A stretch of 64,000 nucleotides of DNA from an uncultured Gammaproteobacteria bacterium (GTDB lineage: Bacteria; Pseudomonadota; Gammaproteobacteria; QNFE01; CAZPSE01), in contig CAZPSE010000005.1 in assembly GCA_964589575.1 (NCBI GenBank), positions 1,611 to 65,610 of the forward strand, in the 5' to 3' direction. The notes below the pieces were generated by a model, which did not search any database, was not told the origin of the DNA, and worked only from the letters and a program-made list of their open reading frames with translations. Below, one piece after another: positions 48,622 to 60,008 of this stretch (positions are counted from its first letter, which is position 1; every line of letters begins with the position of its first letter). Both the position numbers and the translations under genes were made by a program.

Positions 48622-51600
48622 TTAATATTTATCTAGTATTGTTTTTAACGTTTTTTCGGCTTCATCAAAGTCATATTTATCTAAGCATTGTTGCAGGGTT
48701 TCTAATGGTTCTGTTAATTGGTTAGGTACATGCTCAATTAATGACTCTACAGCCTCTACGGCGGTAGAGTCAAAGTTTTCAATTTGTTCTTTTATTGCCA
48801 TTAGGGCTGCTTGTATTGCTTTATCTTCAAAAGTATTTTGTTGTTTGTTATCAGTTTTGTTCTTATTATTTTGTTGGTTTAAAATGTGTAATGCATTATT
48901 AATGGTTTCTATGGCTGTGGTTAAAAGGTTATCTGCGTCATTAATTAATGAATCACTAATTTTGTTAATATCCTGCTCTAAGTTATTTTCTAGTTTTGCT
49001 GCATTTTGCTGCAATTGTGTTGCGCCTATGGTGCCTGCAATGCCTTTTAACGTATGTGCTATTCGGATGGCGGTTTTGGTGTCTTTATTGTTTAAACTGT
49101 CTTTTAACCTAATGATTGCGTCATTTTCTGTCGCTACAAACCGGGCTAATATTTTTAGGTAGAGTTTTTTGCTGCCGCCTAAATTAGCAATAGCTTGCTG
49201 GGTGGTAAAACCTTCAAGTTTTATTGCTTGGCTGTTATCGTCATCTATTTTTAGGGGGGCTTTGGTTGTTTTATTTTGACGGTTACTATCGGTTTTTATC
49301 CATTTTGATATGCAGTTAAACATTTTGTTTGGATCAATGGGTTTGGCTATATGGTCACTCATCCCAGAGTCTAAACATTTCTTCACGTCTTCTATCATGG
49401 CATTTGCAGTCATGGCAATAATGGGTAAGTTTTTAAAGCGTGGGTCTTGTCTTATTTTTTGTGTGGCTTCATAGCCGTCCATTATTGGCATTTGTATGTC
49501 CATTAATACGCAGTCAAAGTGCTGCATACTCACTTGATTAACCGCTTCTAGCCCATTGTTGGCTGTAAAAACGTTAACATTGACTAGTTCTAATAGCTCG
49601 GTTGCCACTTGTTGGTTGATAAGGTTGTCTTCTACCAGCAATATATTGGCACCATTTAAGTTATTAACTTGGCAGTTTAGTGTTTTAGGCTCGTTTGTGT
49701 TTTCTTCTTCTGGTTTGTGGTCCATAACAATCATCGACATGTCAAACAAGGTGGATACCGATACAGGTTTACTTAAAAAGCCGTCTAAATCTTGGCGGGT
49801 TATGTGTTGCAGTAGGTCACTTTTGTCATGGGCGGTAACGATAATAACTTTAGGTATGATAAGTAATTTTTTATTGTTAATAATACGTTGTCTAGTTTCT
49901 ACACCGTCCATTGTAGGCATTTTCCAATCTAAGTATATTACCTGGTAAGGCTGTTGGTTTTTATCAGCCATTTGTATCATTTCTAATGCTTCTTCACCAC
50001 TGGCGGCAAGGTCGGCATTAAATAATAAAGATTGTGCCAGCTGTTGCATAATCTCTCGCGAAATAGGGCTGTCGTCAACAATTAATACTTTTAGGTTTTT
50101 TAAATTGGGTTTTGGAATAATATTGACTAAATCAAAGCCGTTTGAAAGTTCAAATTGAGCCGTAAAATTAAAGGTACTGCCTTTTCCGAAGGTGCTGTTT
50201 GCCCATATTTTACCACCCATCATGTGGGTTAGTTGTTTGCTTATAGACAAACCTAAACCGGTACCGCCGTATTGTCGGGTGGTTGACGAATCTGCTTGGT
50301 TGAAGGACTGAAACAACCTACCGACTTGTTCTTCTGTCATGCCTATGCCGTTATCCGAAACAGAAAATTGCAACGTTGTGTGGTTATTGTCCAGTTTTAT
50401 CAGGCTTATTTTTATTAGTATTTCACCCGTTTCGGTAAATTTAACTGCATTATTGGCTAAATTAATTAGTATTTGCCTTAATCGTAGTGCATCACCAATA
50501 AGCCCATTGGGTACATCTGCGTTTATTTGAATCAATAACTCCAAATCTTTTTCTTTGGTTTTAATGGAAATAATAGGGCATAAATGATCGATAACTTTTT
50601 GCAAACTAAACGGCACTTTTTCCATACTTAACTTGCCTGCTTCAATTTTAGAAAAATCTAAAATATCATTAATTAAACCCAATAATGAATTGGCAGCAAT
50701 GTGTATTTTGTCTACATAGTCTTTTTGTTTGAGCGACAATTCGGTTTGTAACGCTAAATAAGCCATGCCGATAATGGCATTCATTGGGGTGCGTATTTCA
50801 TGGCTCATATTGGCTAAAAAGTCCGATTTTGCTTTATTGGCCTTGTCTGCCTCATCGGCAAATTTATTAACATTGTCATTGGCCTTTTCTAATTTAATGT
50901 TATGTTCTTCAAGCACCTCACTTTTTTGAATGAGTTTTTCTTGGTTTAATTCAAGTGTTTTTGCCATGTTATTAATACGACTATGGGCTTGGTCAAGCCC
51001 TTCAACTTGGTTCGCAATGGTTTTAGATTGATTGGTTAAATAACGCCGCACCATAAAGGTTATTATTAATGTTAATAAAATAGCTATTATTGCCATAATA
51101 TTAGAGTATAGTTTTGCATTCGCAATAATCAATCTGCCCGAGTTGGATTCTTTTTCAATGGTTAGGTGTTCATATTGTCTTAATTCTTCATTTAATAAGT
51201 CAAATTTATCACCTAACTTTGAAAGACCACCGAATAAGATATTGCGTGCGGACAAAATATCGTCTTGCTCTGCAAATTCTACTACTTTGTTTTGAAAAAT
51301 GATGATGTCGGCTATCAAAATGTCTTGTTGCTGAATATTGTTTTTCTCAAAAGCATCTAATGTTGAGTTTTTTAATTCTTGGCGGATTTTACCTACGCGA
51401 TTGCCCCAGATTGTATAATTTTGATAGTATTCATCTCGTAAAAAATAATCATCAGTTAGTACTTGCATTATTAAATAGGTACGGCGCTTGTAAGCGGCAT
51501 TTATAAGATCTTCTGTTAATTGTAATTTATAAAGGCGAGCATCAATTATTTTGTTGTAATGGTTTTCTACATGTTGTAGTTGCCAGTTTGCATGGGCCAC

Positions 51601-51741
51601 TAATATGGCTATAAAAACAATAATGACTAAATAGCCAAACGTCATTTTGGCTATCATTTTTTTTGCGGCGATTGAATACTTGTTACTTAGATTCATACTT
51701 GTTAATTTTAATGTTGGGTAGAATGACTTGTAATAGTGCAA
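48622..51741 (-). CDS. Hybrid sensor histidine kinase (periplasmic sensor-TM-HisKA-HATPase-REC-REC-Hpt)
   Basis: H-box [16 protein letters not shown]-box [12 protein letters not shown]. Two receiver domains ([18 protein letters not shown]). C-terminal Hpt ([13 protein letters not shown]). 1039 aa. Confidence 0.9.
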   Translation of the reverse strand: MHYYKSFYPTLKLTSMNLSNKYSIAAKKMIAKMTFGYLVIIVFIAILVAHANWQLQHVENHYNKIIDARLYKLQLTEDLINAAYKRRTYLIMQVLTDDYFLRDEYYQNYTIWGNRVGKIRQELKNSTLDAFEKNNIQQQDILIADIIIFQNKVVEFAEQDDILSARNILFGGLSKLGDKFDLLNEELRQYEHLTIEKESNSGRLIIANAKLYSNIMAIIAILLTLIITFMVRRYLTNQSKTIANQVEGLDQAHSRINNMAKTLELNQEKLIQKSEVLEEHNIKLEKANDNVNKFADEADKANKAKSDFLANMSHEIRTPMNAIIGMAYLALQTELSLKQKDYVDKIHIAANSLLGLINDILDFSKIEAGKLSMEKVPFSLQKVIDHLCPIISIKTKEKDLELLIQINADVPNGLIGDALRLRQILINLANNAVKFTETGEILIKISLIKLDNNHTTLQFSVSDNGIGMTEEQVGRLFQSFNQADSSTTRQYGGTGLGLSISKQLTHMMGGKIWANSTFGKGSTFNFTAQFELSNGFDLVNIIPKPNLKNLKVLIVDDSPISREIMQQLAQSLLFNADLAASGEEALEMIQMADKNQQPYQVIYLDWKMPTMDGVETRQRIINNKKLLIIPKVIIVTAHDKSDLLQHITRQDLDGFLSKPVSVSTLFDMSMIVMDHKPEEENTNEPKTLNCQVNNLNGANILLVEDNLINQQVATELLELVNVNVFTANNGLEAVNQVSMQHFDCVLMDIQMPIMDGYEATQKIRQDPRFKNLPIIAMTANAMIEDVKKCLDSGMSDHIAKPIDPNKMFNCISKWIKTDSNRQNKTTKAPLKIDDDNSQAIKLEGFTTQQAIANLGGSKKLYLKILARFVATENDAIIRLKDSLNNKDTKTAIRIAHTLKGIAGTIGATQLQQNAAKLENNLEQDINKISDSLINDADNLLTTAIETINNALHILNQQNNKNKTDNKQQNTFEDKAIQAALMAIKEQIENFDSTAVEAVESLIEHVPNQLTEPLETLQQCLDKYDFDEAEKTLKTILDKY

Positions 51742-51839
51742 TGTTAAAGAGCTAATAGCAAATTATTAATTAAATGGTTTTGTTGTTGTATCCATAAAAA
51801 ACAGTTGGTAGTATCTATGCATCAAAAAAATATAAAAAA

Positions 51840-52883
51840 TTGGTTATGAGTAACAACAAAAAACACACTATTCTCGTTGTTGATGATATGCCAGAAAACA
51901 TTGAAATATTAAAAAATATACTGGCACCTTTGTATACCGTTAAAGCCGCCATTAATGGAGAGGTTGCCTTAAAAATTGTTAATGCACAACCGCCAGATTT
52001 AATTTTATTAGATATTATGATGCCAGGAATAGATGGCTTTGAAGTATGTAAAAGGCTAAGCAGTAACGCTAAAACAAAAGACATACCGGTGATTTTTATA
52101 ACTGCAAAAAATGAAACGGCTGACGAGCAACACGGTTTTGAAGTTGGCTGTGTAGACTTTTTATCTAAACCGGTGCATTCACTTTTGGTTTTAGCACGGG
52201 TAAAAGCACACTTAGTAGTACAAGCACAAAAACAGTTTTTAAAAAATACCTTTAGCCGTTATCTGTCTGATGACGTTATGGCATCACTGCTAAACTCCAG
52301 TAATGGTTTTGAGTTGGGTGGCAAAAAACAAAAAGTGACTATTTTGATGTCAGACTTACGCGGTTTTACCGCCATTGCAGAGCAGTATGACGCGCAAAAA
52401 GTGATGGAGTTTTTAAATCACTATTTGAAGTCTATGTTTAGTGTTATTAATGATTACAAAGGTACGGTAATAGAGATAATGGGTGATGGATTGTTGGTGT
52501 TATTTGGTGCGCCCATTCAACAAAATAATGATGCCCAGCGTGCAGTGCAATGCGCTATTTTAATGCAAAAAAAAATGCTGCAAGTTAACGAAGTACTAAA
52601 AAAGAACGACTTGCCAGAGCTAGAAATGGGTATTGGTATACATACCTGTAATGTCGTTGTGGGTAATATAGGTTCAGACAAACATGCCAAATACGGCGTA
52701 GTGGGAAGTGGGGTCAACTTAACGGGTAGAATTGAATCTTACACTAAGGGTAATCAAATTTTAATTTCTCCTAGTACTTATGAAGAAAGTAAAACAATAA
52801 TTAAAATTAGCGATGAAATGGATGTTAACCCGAAAGGCTTTGAACATGCCGTTAAATTGCGACAAGTTGCGTCCCTTGCCTAG
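51840..52883 (+). CDS. Response regulator with a class III adenylate/guanylate cyclase output domain
   Basis: REC (ILVVDDMPENIEIL...DIMMPGIDGFE). CHD catalytic domain (ILMSDLRGFTAIAE ... GDGLLVLFGAP ... GIHTCNVVVGNIGS). Confidence 0.8.
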   Translation: MVMSNNKKHTILVVDDMPENIEILKNILAPLYTVKAAINGEVALKIVNAQPPDLILLDIMMPGIDGFEVCKRLSSNAKTKDIPVIFITAKNETADEQHGFEVGCVDFLSKPVHSLLVLARVKAHLVVQAQKQFLKNTFSRYLSDDVMASLLNSSNGFELGGKKQKVTILMSDLRGFTAIAEQYDAQKVMEFLNHYLKSMFSVINDYKGTVIEIMGDGLLVLFGAPIQQNNDAQRAVQCAILMQKKMLQVNEVLKKNDLPELEMGIGIHTCNVVVGNIGSDKHAKYGVVGSGVNLTGRIESYTKGNQILISPSTYEESKTIIKISDEMDVNPKGFEHAVKLRQVASLA

Positions 52884-53102
52884 AAGTACTCTAGCTTGAT
52901 AGATTAATATAAAGCAAGGGGTCGACGAAATAGCCTTTAAAAAGCAATAAATATTTACCCTAATTCTAAGTCTTCGATAGAAAAAAGTTTTCTGATAGAG
53001 TAAAATAACCCCGCTTACAATGAGCAAAATATTTAAGCGGGAGCCTTCTATCAATTGGAACGCTCCCGTTTTTTTGTCTATCATTTATATCTGGAATACA
53101 CG

Positions 53103-54245
53103 TTGACTGCAAAAGCAATTTTGGCATTAGCCGATGGAACCATCTTTAAAGGCATTTCCATTGGTATCGAAGGTGATTCGGTAGGAGAAGTGGTGTTTAA
53201 TACTTCGATGACCGGCTATCAAGAAATCTTAACTGACCCCTCATACAGTAATCAAATGGTCACCCTTACCTATCCGCATGTGGGTAATACAGGCACAACA
53301 CCAATAGATGCCGAATCGTCTAAGGTTCATGTTGCCGGTTTTATTATTAAAGACTTACCTTTTTTAGCCAGTAATTTTCGCAGTGAATTATCACTTGGCG
53401 ACTATTTAAAAACCAACAATATTGTAGCTATATCGAATATAGACACCAGAAAACTTACCCGTATTTTAAGAGAAAAAGGGGCGCAAAGCGGTTGTTTGAT
53501 AACTGGAGACAATATAGACGAAGCCAAAGCAGTGGCTAAAGCCAACGGTTTTGATGGCTTGCAAGGTTTAGACTTAGCAAAAGTTGTAACCACCGATAAA
53601 AGCTACCCGTGGGTTGATAAAACATGGGTGTTAGAAACAGACAGTCATCCAACGTTTAATAAGGCCGATGCACAATACAAAGTAGTGGCTTATGACTTTG
53701 GCGTGAAGTCGAATATATTAAGATTATTAGCAGACAGAAACTGCAACATCACCGTTGTACCTGCAAAAACAACCGCAAAAGATGTATTGGCAATGAACCC
53801 CGATGGTGTGTTTTTATCTAACGGTCCGGGTGATCCTGAGCCGTGTAATTACGCTATCGACGCGGTAAAAACCTTTTTAGATAACGACATACCATTATTT
53901 GGTATTTGTTTAGGCCACCAAATTTTAGCCCTAGCTTGTGGTGCTAAAACAGTAAAAATGAAGTTTGGACACCACGGTGCCAACCACCCAGTACAAGACT
54001 TGGCAACAAAAAAAGTACACATCACCAGCCAAAACCACGGTTTTGCGGTAGATGAGACAACCTTACCAAGTAATGTAAAAGCCACGCATATTTCTTTATT
54101 TGATGGCTCTTTACAAGGCATTAAACGTATAGACAAACCTGCATTTAGTTTTCAAGGTCACCCCGAGGCAAGCCCAGGCCCGCAAGACATTAGTGGCTTG
54201 TTTGACCAATTTATAAACTTAATGGAAGAAGGGAAAGGAGCATAA
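53103..54245 (+). CDS. carA: Carbamoyl-phosphate synthase small (glutaminase) subunit
   Basis: [21 protein letters not shown] and the GATase triad (GICLGHQ). Start assigned to the in-frame TTG at 53103 by alignment with the E. coli CarA N-terminus. The ORF track's upstream ATG at 53055 would add a non-conserved 16-aa leader. Confidence 0.85.
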   Translation: MTAKAILALADGTIFKGISIGIEGDSVGEVVFNTSMTGYQEILTDPSYSNQMVTLTYPHVGNTGTTPIDAESSKVHVAGFIIKDLPFLASNFRSELSLGDYLKTNNIVAISNIDTRKLTRILREKGAQSGCLITGDNIDEAKAVAKANGFDGLQGLDLAKVVTTDKSYPWVDKTWVLETDSHPTFNKADAQYKVVAYDFGVKSNILRLLADRNCNITVVPAKTTAKDVLAMNPDGVFLSNGPGDPEPCNYAIDAVKTFLDNDIPLFGICLGHQILALACGAKTVKMKFGHHGANHPVQDLATKKVHITSQNHGFAVDETTLPSNVKATHISLFDGSLQGIKRIDKPAFSFQGHPEASPGPQDISGLFDQFINLMEEGKGA

Positions 54246-54246
54246 C

Positions 54247-57200
54247 ATGCCAAAAAGAGACGATATTAATAGCATATTAATAATTGGCGCAGGCCCCATT
54301 ATTATTGGTCAAGCGTGCGAGTTTGACTATTCTGGCGCGCAAGCATGTAAAGCATTAAAAGAAGAAGGTTACCGTGTGGTGCTGGTTAACTCTAACCCCG
54401 CCACCATTATGACCGACCCAGAAATGGCCGATGCCACATACATCGAACCAATTACGTGGCAGATGGTTGAAAAAATCATCGAGATTGAAAAACCAGACGC
54501 AATATTACCCACCATGGGTGGTCAAACCGCATTAAATTGCGCTTTAGATTTGGATAGCCAAGGTGTATTGGCCAAACATAACATACAAATGATTGGTGCC
54601 AGTCGCGAAGCGATAGACATGGCAGAAGACCGCGATAAATTTCGTAAAGCGATGACAGAAATTGGCTTAAATACACCTAAAGCCTTTATCGCCCATTCTA
54701 TGGAAGAAGCCAATCAAGGCCAAGCGCAAATAGGCTTTCCTTGTATTATTCGCCCCTCGTTTACAATGGGTGGTAGTGGCGGTGGCATCGCCTACAATAA
54801 AGACGAATTTGTTGAAATTATCACCCGTGGTTTAGATATGTCACCAACCACAGAAGTATTGATTGAAGAATCGGTATAGGCTTGTAAAGAATACGAAATG
54901 GAAGTAGTACGTGATACTGCCGATAACTGCATTATTATTTGTTCTATCGAAAATTTTGACCCGTGTGGCGTACACACCGGAGACTCTATAACGGTAGCAC
55001 CGGCACAAACGCTTACCGATAAAGAATACCAAATTATGCGTAATGCATCGTTAGCTGTACTACGAAAAATAGGCGTAGAAACAGGGGGGTCAAACGTACA
55101 GTTTGCCATTAACCCTAAAAATGGGGCGATGATTATCATCGAGATGAATCCGCGTGTATCGCGCTCATCGGCACTAGCATCTAAAGCGACCGGTTTTCCT
55201 ATTGCTAAAATAGCCGCTAAATTAGCTGTTGGTTATACTTTAGATGAGCTAAGCAATGACATAACCGGTGGCAAAACACCGGCATCGTTTGAGCCATCTA
55301 TAGATTATGTGGTCACTAAAATACCGCGCTTCACGTTTGAAAAATTCCCCAAGGCAGACGATCATTTAACCACGCAAATGAAGTCGGTCGGTGAAGTTAT
55401 GGCCATTGGCCGTACTTTTCAAGAATCATTACAAAAAGCCTTACGTGGTTTAGAAATTGATACAGATGGCCTAAATGAAATGTTGCCACGCGACATAAGT
55501 GACATCGATGCCGAAAATATACTAAGGCAAGAGTTAAGCCTACCAAGGGATAGACGGCTTTGGTATGTAGCGGATGCTTTTAGACGCGGTTACAGCGTTA
55601 AACAAATTTTTGATATTTGCGCCATAGACCCTTGGTTTTTAGCGAACATAGAAAACTTAGTGCAAGAAGAAAAAATCATAGAAGCAATGACGCTACCGGA
55701 GTTAGGTAAAGACCACTTATACCGCTTAAAACAAAAAGGTTTTGCCGACAGCCGTATTGCGCATTGCATAGGCTGTGGCGAAAATGACGTACGTGCCGTT
55801 CGACACGAAATGAATATGCACCCCGTTTATAAACGGGTAGATACTTGCGCGGCAGAATTTGCTACCGATACCGCTTATTTATACTCGACCTACGAAGAAG
55901 AATGCGAAGCCAACCCAACCGATAACGACAAAATAGTTATTTTAGGTGGTGGACCAAACCGAATTGGCCAAGGAATAGAGTTTGACTATTGTTGCGTACA
56001 TGCCGCCATGGCGATGCGCGAAATGGGTCTTGAGACCATAATGGTTAACTGTAACCCAGAAACTGTATCGACCGACTACGATACCTCTGACCGATTGTAT
56101 TTTGAATCGTTAACCTTAGAAGACGTATTAGAAATATTACACAAAGAAAAGCCAAAAGGTGTAATAGTGCAATACGGCGGTCAAACCCCACTAAAATTGG
56201 CAGAAGCATTACAACAAGCGGGCGCACCAATAATAGGAACCTCACCAGATTCGATAGATTTAGCCGAAGATCGTGAACGGTTTCAACAATTAGTCGACAA
56301 AGTAGGGGTAAAACAACCGCCCAACCGTACCGCACGTAATGAAAAAGACGCAGTAACCGCGGCAGAAGAAATTGGTTATCCTTTAGTGGTTCGTCCCTCT
56401 TATGTACTGGGTGGGCGGGCAATGGAAATTGTTCATAACGAAACTGACCTAATGCGCTATATGACCGAAGCGGTATCAGTATCTAACGATTCGCCGGTAT
56501 TGTTAGACCGTTTTTTAGATGACGCGATAGAAGTGGATATAGATGCCGTATGTGACGGTGAACAAGTGGTTATTGGCGCAATTATGGAACACATTGAACA
56601 AGCAGGCGTTCACTCTGGAGACTCTGCCTGTTCACTACCACCGTATACCTTGTCTAACGAAATACAAGACCGTTTGCGTGAGCAAATGAAAAAGCTCGGT
56701 TTAGCATTAAAAGTTAATGGCTTAATGAACGCCCAGTTTGCCGTTAAGGGCGACGATATTTACATTTTAGAAGTGAACCCGCGTGCATCACGCACGGTAC
56801 CGTTTGTATCTAAAGCCATTGGTTACCCAATTGCTAAAATAGCGGCCAAAGTAATGGCGGGGCAAAGCTTACAACAGCAAGGTTTTACCGAAGAACACAT
56901 ACCTAAATTTTACAACGTAAAAGAGGCGGTGTTCCCCTTTGTTAAGTTCCCCGGTGTCGACCCTATTTTAGGCCCAGAGATGAAATCGACCGGTGAAGTA
57001 ATGGCAACCGGCGGCTCTTTTGGCGAAGCCTTTTTTAAAGCATTAATGGCCGGCGGTACAGAATTACCTGCAGGTGGTAAAGCCTTTATAAGTGTGCGCG
57101 ACCAAGATAAAAAGTATGCAGTCAACATTGCTAAAAGCTTAAACGCATTAGGCTTTAAAATGGTGGCAACGGGTGGTACAGCTGTCGTTATCCAAGAAGC

Positions 57201-57459
57201 AGGTTATGCGTGTGAACAAATTAATAAAGTAAAAGAAGGCCGACCACACATTGTAGACTTGATTAAAAACGACGATGTTGATTTAATCATTAATACCACC
57301 GAAGGTTCGGCGGCGATTGCCGACTCTTTCGAGATACGACGTGAATCGTTAAATCATAAAATTCCTTATTCCACCACTATTAACGGCGGTAAGGCTATGT
57401 GTATGGCGATGAGTTACTCGCAAGAGTTAAAACCTTATAAATTACAAGATCTTATATGA
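54247..57459 (+). pseudogene. carB: Carbamoyl-phosphate synthase large subunit interrupted by one in-frame TAG at 54877..54879
   Basis: 54247..54879 and 54898..57459 are in the same frame and together are collinear with E. coli CarB (1073 aa). The local sequence reads [16 protein letters not shown] versus the conserved ES(L/V)(I/L)GWKEYEME. No other disruption is seen. Confidence 0.8.
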
Positions 57460-57484
57460 AATATAAAAGACAAACGGAGTTATT

Positions 57485-57964
57485 ATGAGCCAATTAACCC
57501 CCTTAACTTTAGCGGGTGAAGTAAAATTACGTGCCGAATTAAAGCACTTAAAATATACCGTCAGACCAGAAATTGTCGATGCGATAGCAACAGCACGCGC
57601 GCACGGTGATTTAAAAGAAAATGCAGAATATCATGCAGCAAGAGAGCAACAAAGCTTTAACGAAGGCCGCATTAAATTGGTAGAAGGCACGGTTTCAAAC
57701 TCTCAAATTATTGATGTGTCGCAAACCAATGTAGGCGATAAAATTGTTTTTGGTGCAACTGTCACCCTGTTTGATTTATCAACAGAAGAAGAAGTAACCT
57801 ATCAAATAGTGGGTGATATAGAAGCCGATATTAAACAAAAATTAATTTCGGTAAACTCCCCCATTGCAAGGGCAATGATTGGTAAAAGTACCGATGATGA
57901 ATTTGAGTTTAAAGCACCAAATGGTAAAAAAGAATACGAAGTGGTAGCCGTCGTATATAAATAA
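57485..57964 (+). CDS. greA: Transcription elongation factor GreA
   Basis: [16 protein letters not shown] and a C-terminal FKBP-like domain ([14 protein letters not shown]). 159 aa. Confidence 0.95.
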   Translation: MSQLTPLTLAGEVKLRAELKHLKYTVRPEIVDAIATARAHGDLKENAEYHAAREQQSFNEGRIKLVEGTVSNSQIIDVSQTNVGDKIVFGATVTLFDLSTEEEVTYQIVGDIEADIKQKLISVNSPIARAMIGKSTDDEFEFKAPNGKKEYEVVAVVYK

Positions 57965-57992
57965 TCATTTTTAAATGAAAATAGGGGGCTAA

Positions 57993-58847
57993 ATGGACAA
58001 CAAAAAAGGCACGCTTTATATTGTCGCCACCCCAATTGGTAATTTAGGCGACATGACACACCGCGCTATTGGCGTGTTAAACGCGGTAGATTTAATCGCC
58101 GCAGAAGACACCCGCACCAGCGGTAAGTTGTTGCAACATTTTGATATTAAAACACAATGCATTGCCTACCACGAACATAATGAAAGAAGCAGCAGTGGCA
58201 AGCTAATAGCGTTATTGGCACAAGGCAAAAATATTGCTTTAATTTCTGACGCTGGCACGCCATTAATTAGCGACCCCGGTTACATTTTAGTCGCCCAAGC
58301 CCATCAAGAAAGCATTAAAGTAGAGCCAGTTCCTGGTTCATCGGCGGTTATGGCCGCATTATCAACGGCGGGTTTAGCCACCGATCGGTTTTTATATATT
58401 GGCTTTTTACCCTCTAAAAAATCGGCCAGAGATAAAACCCTAAAAGACTTGCAAGGGGTCGACGCTACGATGGTTTTTTATGAGTCTTGCCATCGTATTG
58501 AAGATTCTATAAAAAGTTTTATTGATGTTTTTGGCGAACAAAGACGTGTTTGTTTTGCCAGAGAAATTACCAAACAGTTTGAAACAATCAAACAGACAGA
58601 TTTTAAAAACCTGCTAGACTTTGTTGCTAATGACGACAACCAAAAACGCGGAGAAATTGTTTTAGTAGTCGAAGGCAAAGTAAAAGTAAAAGATGAAATA
58701 AATTATCAAAATTTAGATAATCTTTTAAAACCATTACTGCAATATCTGCCACCAACATCGGCGGCTAAAGTGGCTAGCCAGTATTTGCAGTTAAAAAAGA
58801 AAGTGTGTTATCAACGCGCAATAGAGCTGTCTCAAAACTCAATTTAA
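57993..58847 (+). CDS. rsmI: 16S rRNA (cytidine1402-2'-O)-methyltransferase
   Basis: LYIVATPIGNLGDMTHRAIGVLNAVDLIAAEDTR matches the E. coli RsmI N-terminus. 284 aa. Confidence 0.9.
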   Translation: MDNKKGTLYIVATPIGNLGDMTHRAIGVLNAVDLIAAEDTRTSGKLLQHFDIKTQCIAYHEHNERSSSGKLIALLAQGKNIALISDAGTPLISDPGYILVAQAHQESIKVEPVPGSSAVMAALSTAGLATDRFLYIGFLPSKKSARDKTLKDLQGVDATMVFYESCHRIEDSIKSFIDVFGEQRRVCFAREITKQFETIKQTDFKNLLDFVANDDNQKRGEIVLVVEGKVKVKDEINYQNLDNLLKPLLQYLPPTSAAKVASQYLQLKKKVCYQRAIELSQNSI

Positions 58848-58860
58848 ACGAATCTAGGAA

Positions 58861-59811
58861 ATGTATATGAACAAATTTTTAATTATTGCACTGCTTCTTA
58901 GTAGTTCTTGGCAGGTATTTTCTCACTCAAAAATAGTAGAGGCTTACCCCGTTAGCGAAATTACTCCCCGTGTATTTGTTCTTCATGGGCCAAAAGGCTT
59001 ACCGAGTGTGGCTAATAAAGGTTTTATGAATAATCCTGCTTTTATTATCGGTGATAAAGGTGTGATAGTTGTTGACCCAGGTTCTAGCGTTTATATAGGC
59101 CGTATGTTAATTAAAGCCATACAAAAAAGAAGCAACTTACCTGTTACCCATATATTTAACACCCATGTGCATGGCGACCATTGGTTAGCAAACCACGCTT
59201 TTGTAGATAAATGGCCCGGTGTTACCATTTATGGTCATCCAAATAAAATTGCTATGGCACATGACGGAGAGGCAGAATCATGGCTTGCCACAATGGACAC
59301 CCTAACTGAAGGTTTAACAAAAGGCACCAAAGCATACCCTGCCAACAGCAAAAGTAATGATGGTGATGTGTACAAAATACACGGCTTAACTTTTAAAATA
59401 CATGCGCCAGACAATGCACATTCTAAAACCGACATTATGGTGGAGTTGGTAGAAGACTCGGTGGTATTTTTAGGCGACAACGTTTTTTATCAACGCATTG
59501 GTCGGTTAGACGATGGAACATTTAAAGGCAATATTGAGGCGTGTAATGTGGCACTAGCAATTAACGCCACACATTATGTACCGGGTCATGGCCCTACAGG
59601 TGGCAGTATTGTGGTTGAGTCGTATAAACGCTTTTTAGAAACCATTTTTAACTTAACGGCTAAGCATTATGAAGACGATAAAGAAGATTATGAAATTAAA
59701 CCCCTAATAGACAAGCAACTAACCGAGTTTAAAAACTGGGACGGTTACGACGGTGCATTGGGCAAAATGATCAGCTTGGCTATTTTAGAAATTGATGCGA
59801 GTGAAGAGTAA
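58861..59811 (+). CDS. Secreted metallo-beta-lactamase-fold hydrolase
   Basis: Signal peptide. HVHGDHW (HxHxDH) motif with downstream His/Asp ligands. 316 aa. Confidence 0.75.
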   Translation: MYMNKFLIIALLLSSSWQVFSHSKIVEAYPVSEITPRVFVLHGPKGLPSVANKGFMNNPAFIIGDKGVIVVDPGSSVYIGRMLIKAIQKRSNLPVTHIFNTHVHGDHWLANHAFVDKWPGVTIYGHPNKIAMAHDGEAESWLATMDTLTEGLTKGTKAYPANSKSNDGDVYKIHGLTFKIHAPDNAHSKTDIMVELVEDSVVFLGDNVFYQRIGRLDDGTFKGNIEACNVALAINATHYVPGHGPTGGSIVVESYKRFLETIFNLTAKHYEDDKEDYEIKPLIDKQLTEFKNWDGYDGALGKMISLAILEIDASEE

Positions 59812-59814
59812 AGG

Positions 59815-60008
59815 GTTAATCAGGACTTCCTTGAGGAAGAACTGATTAACTGGGTTAGAATTGCGCTGAGAAAAAAGTGTCGCTATTTTTCGCGAAGTGA
59901 GTCGTAATAGTCGCTCTATTGCAACGAACTTCGGGGAAAATAGCGACACTTTTAGCCAGTGCAAAATAAGCTCAGTTGATCAGTTCTTCCTCAAGGAAAC
60001 CCTGAACT
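59815..60008. repeat. MITE-like repeat, copy E (palindromic ends CCTTGAGGAAGAACTGAT(T/C)AAC)
   Basis: Left end GTTAATCAGGACTTCCTTGAGGAAGAACTGATTAAC forms a nested hairpin. Right end GTTGATCAGTTCTTCCTCAAGGAAACCCTGAAC. The right end supplies the last codons and stop of glcF. Confidence 0.65.

Noticed and set aside
54247-57459. Treating 54247..54879 and 54898..57459 as two separate carB-derived genes, or as a frameshift
   Set aside because: Both pieces are in the same frame and are separated by a single TAG. The sequence is collinear with single-chain CarB, so it is one gene with a nonsense codon, not a frameshift or gene fission.
3847-60008. The dispersed repeats as a CRISPR array
   Set aside because: Copies are kilobases apart, vary in length from 160 to 315 bp, and are bounded by inverted repeats rather than being regularly spaced direct repeats. 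No cas genes are present.
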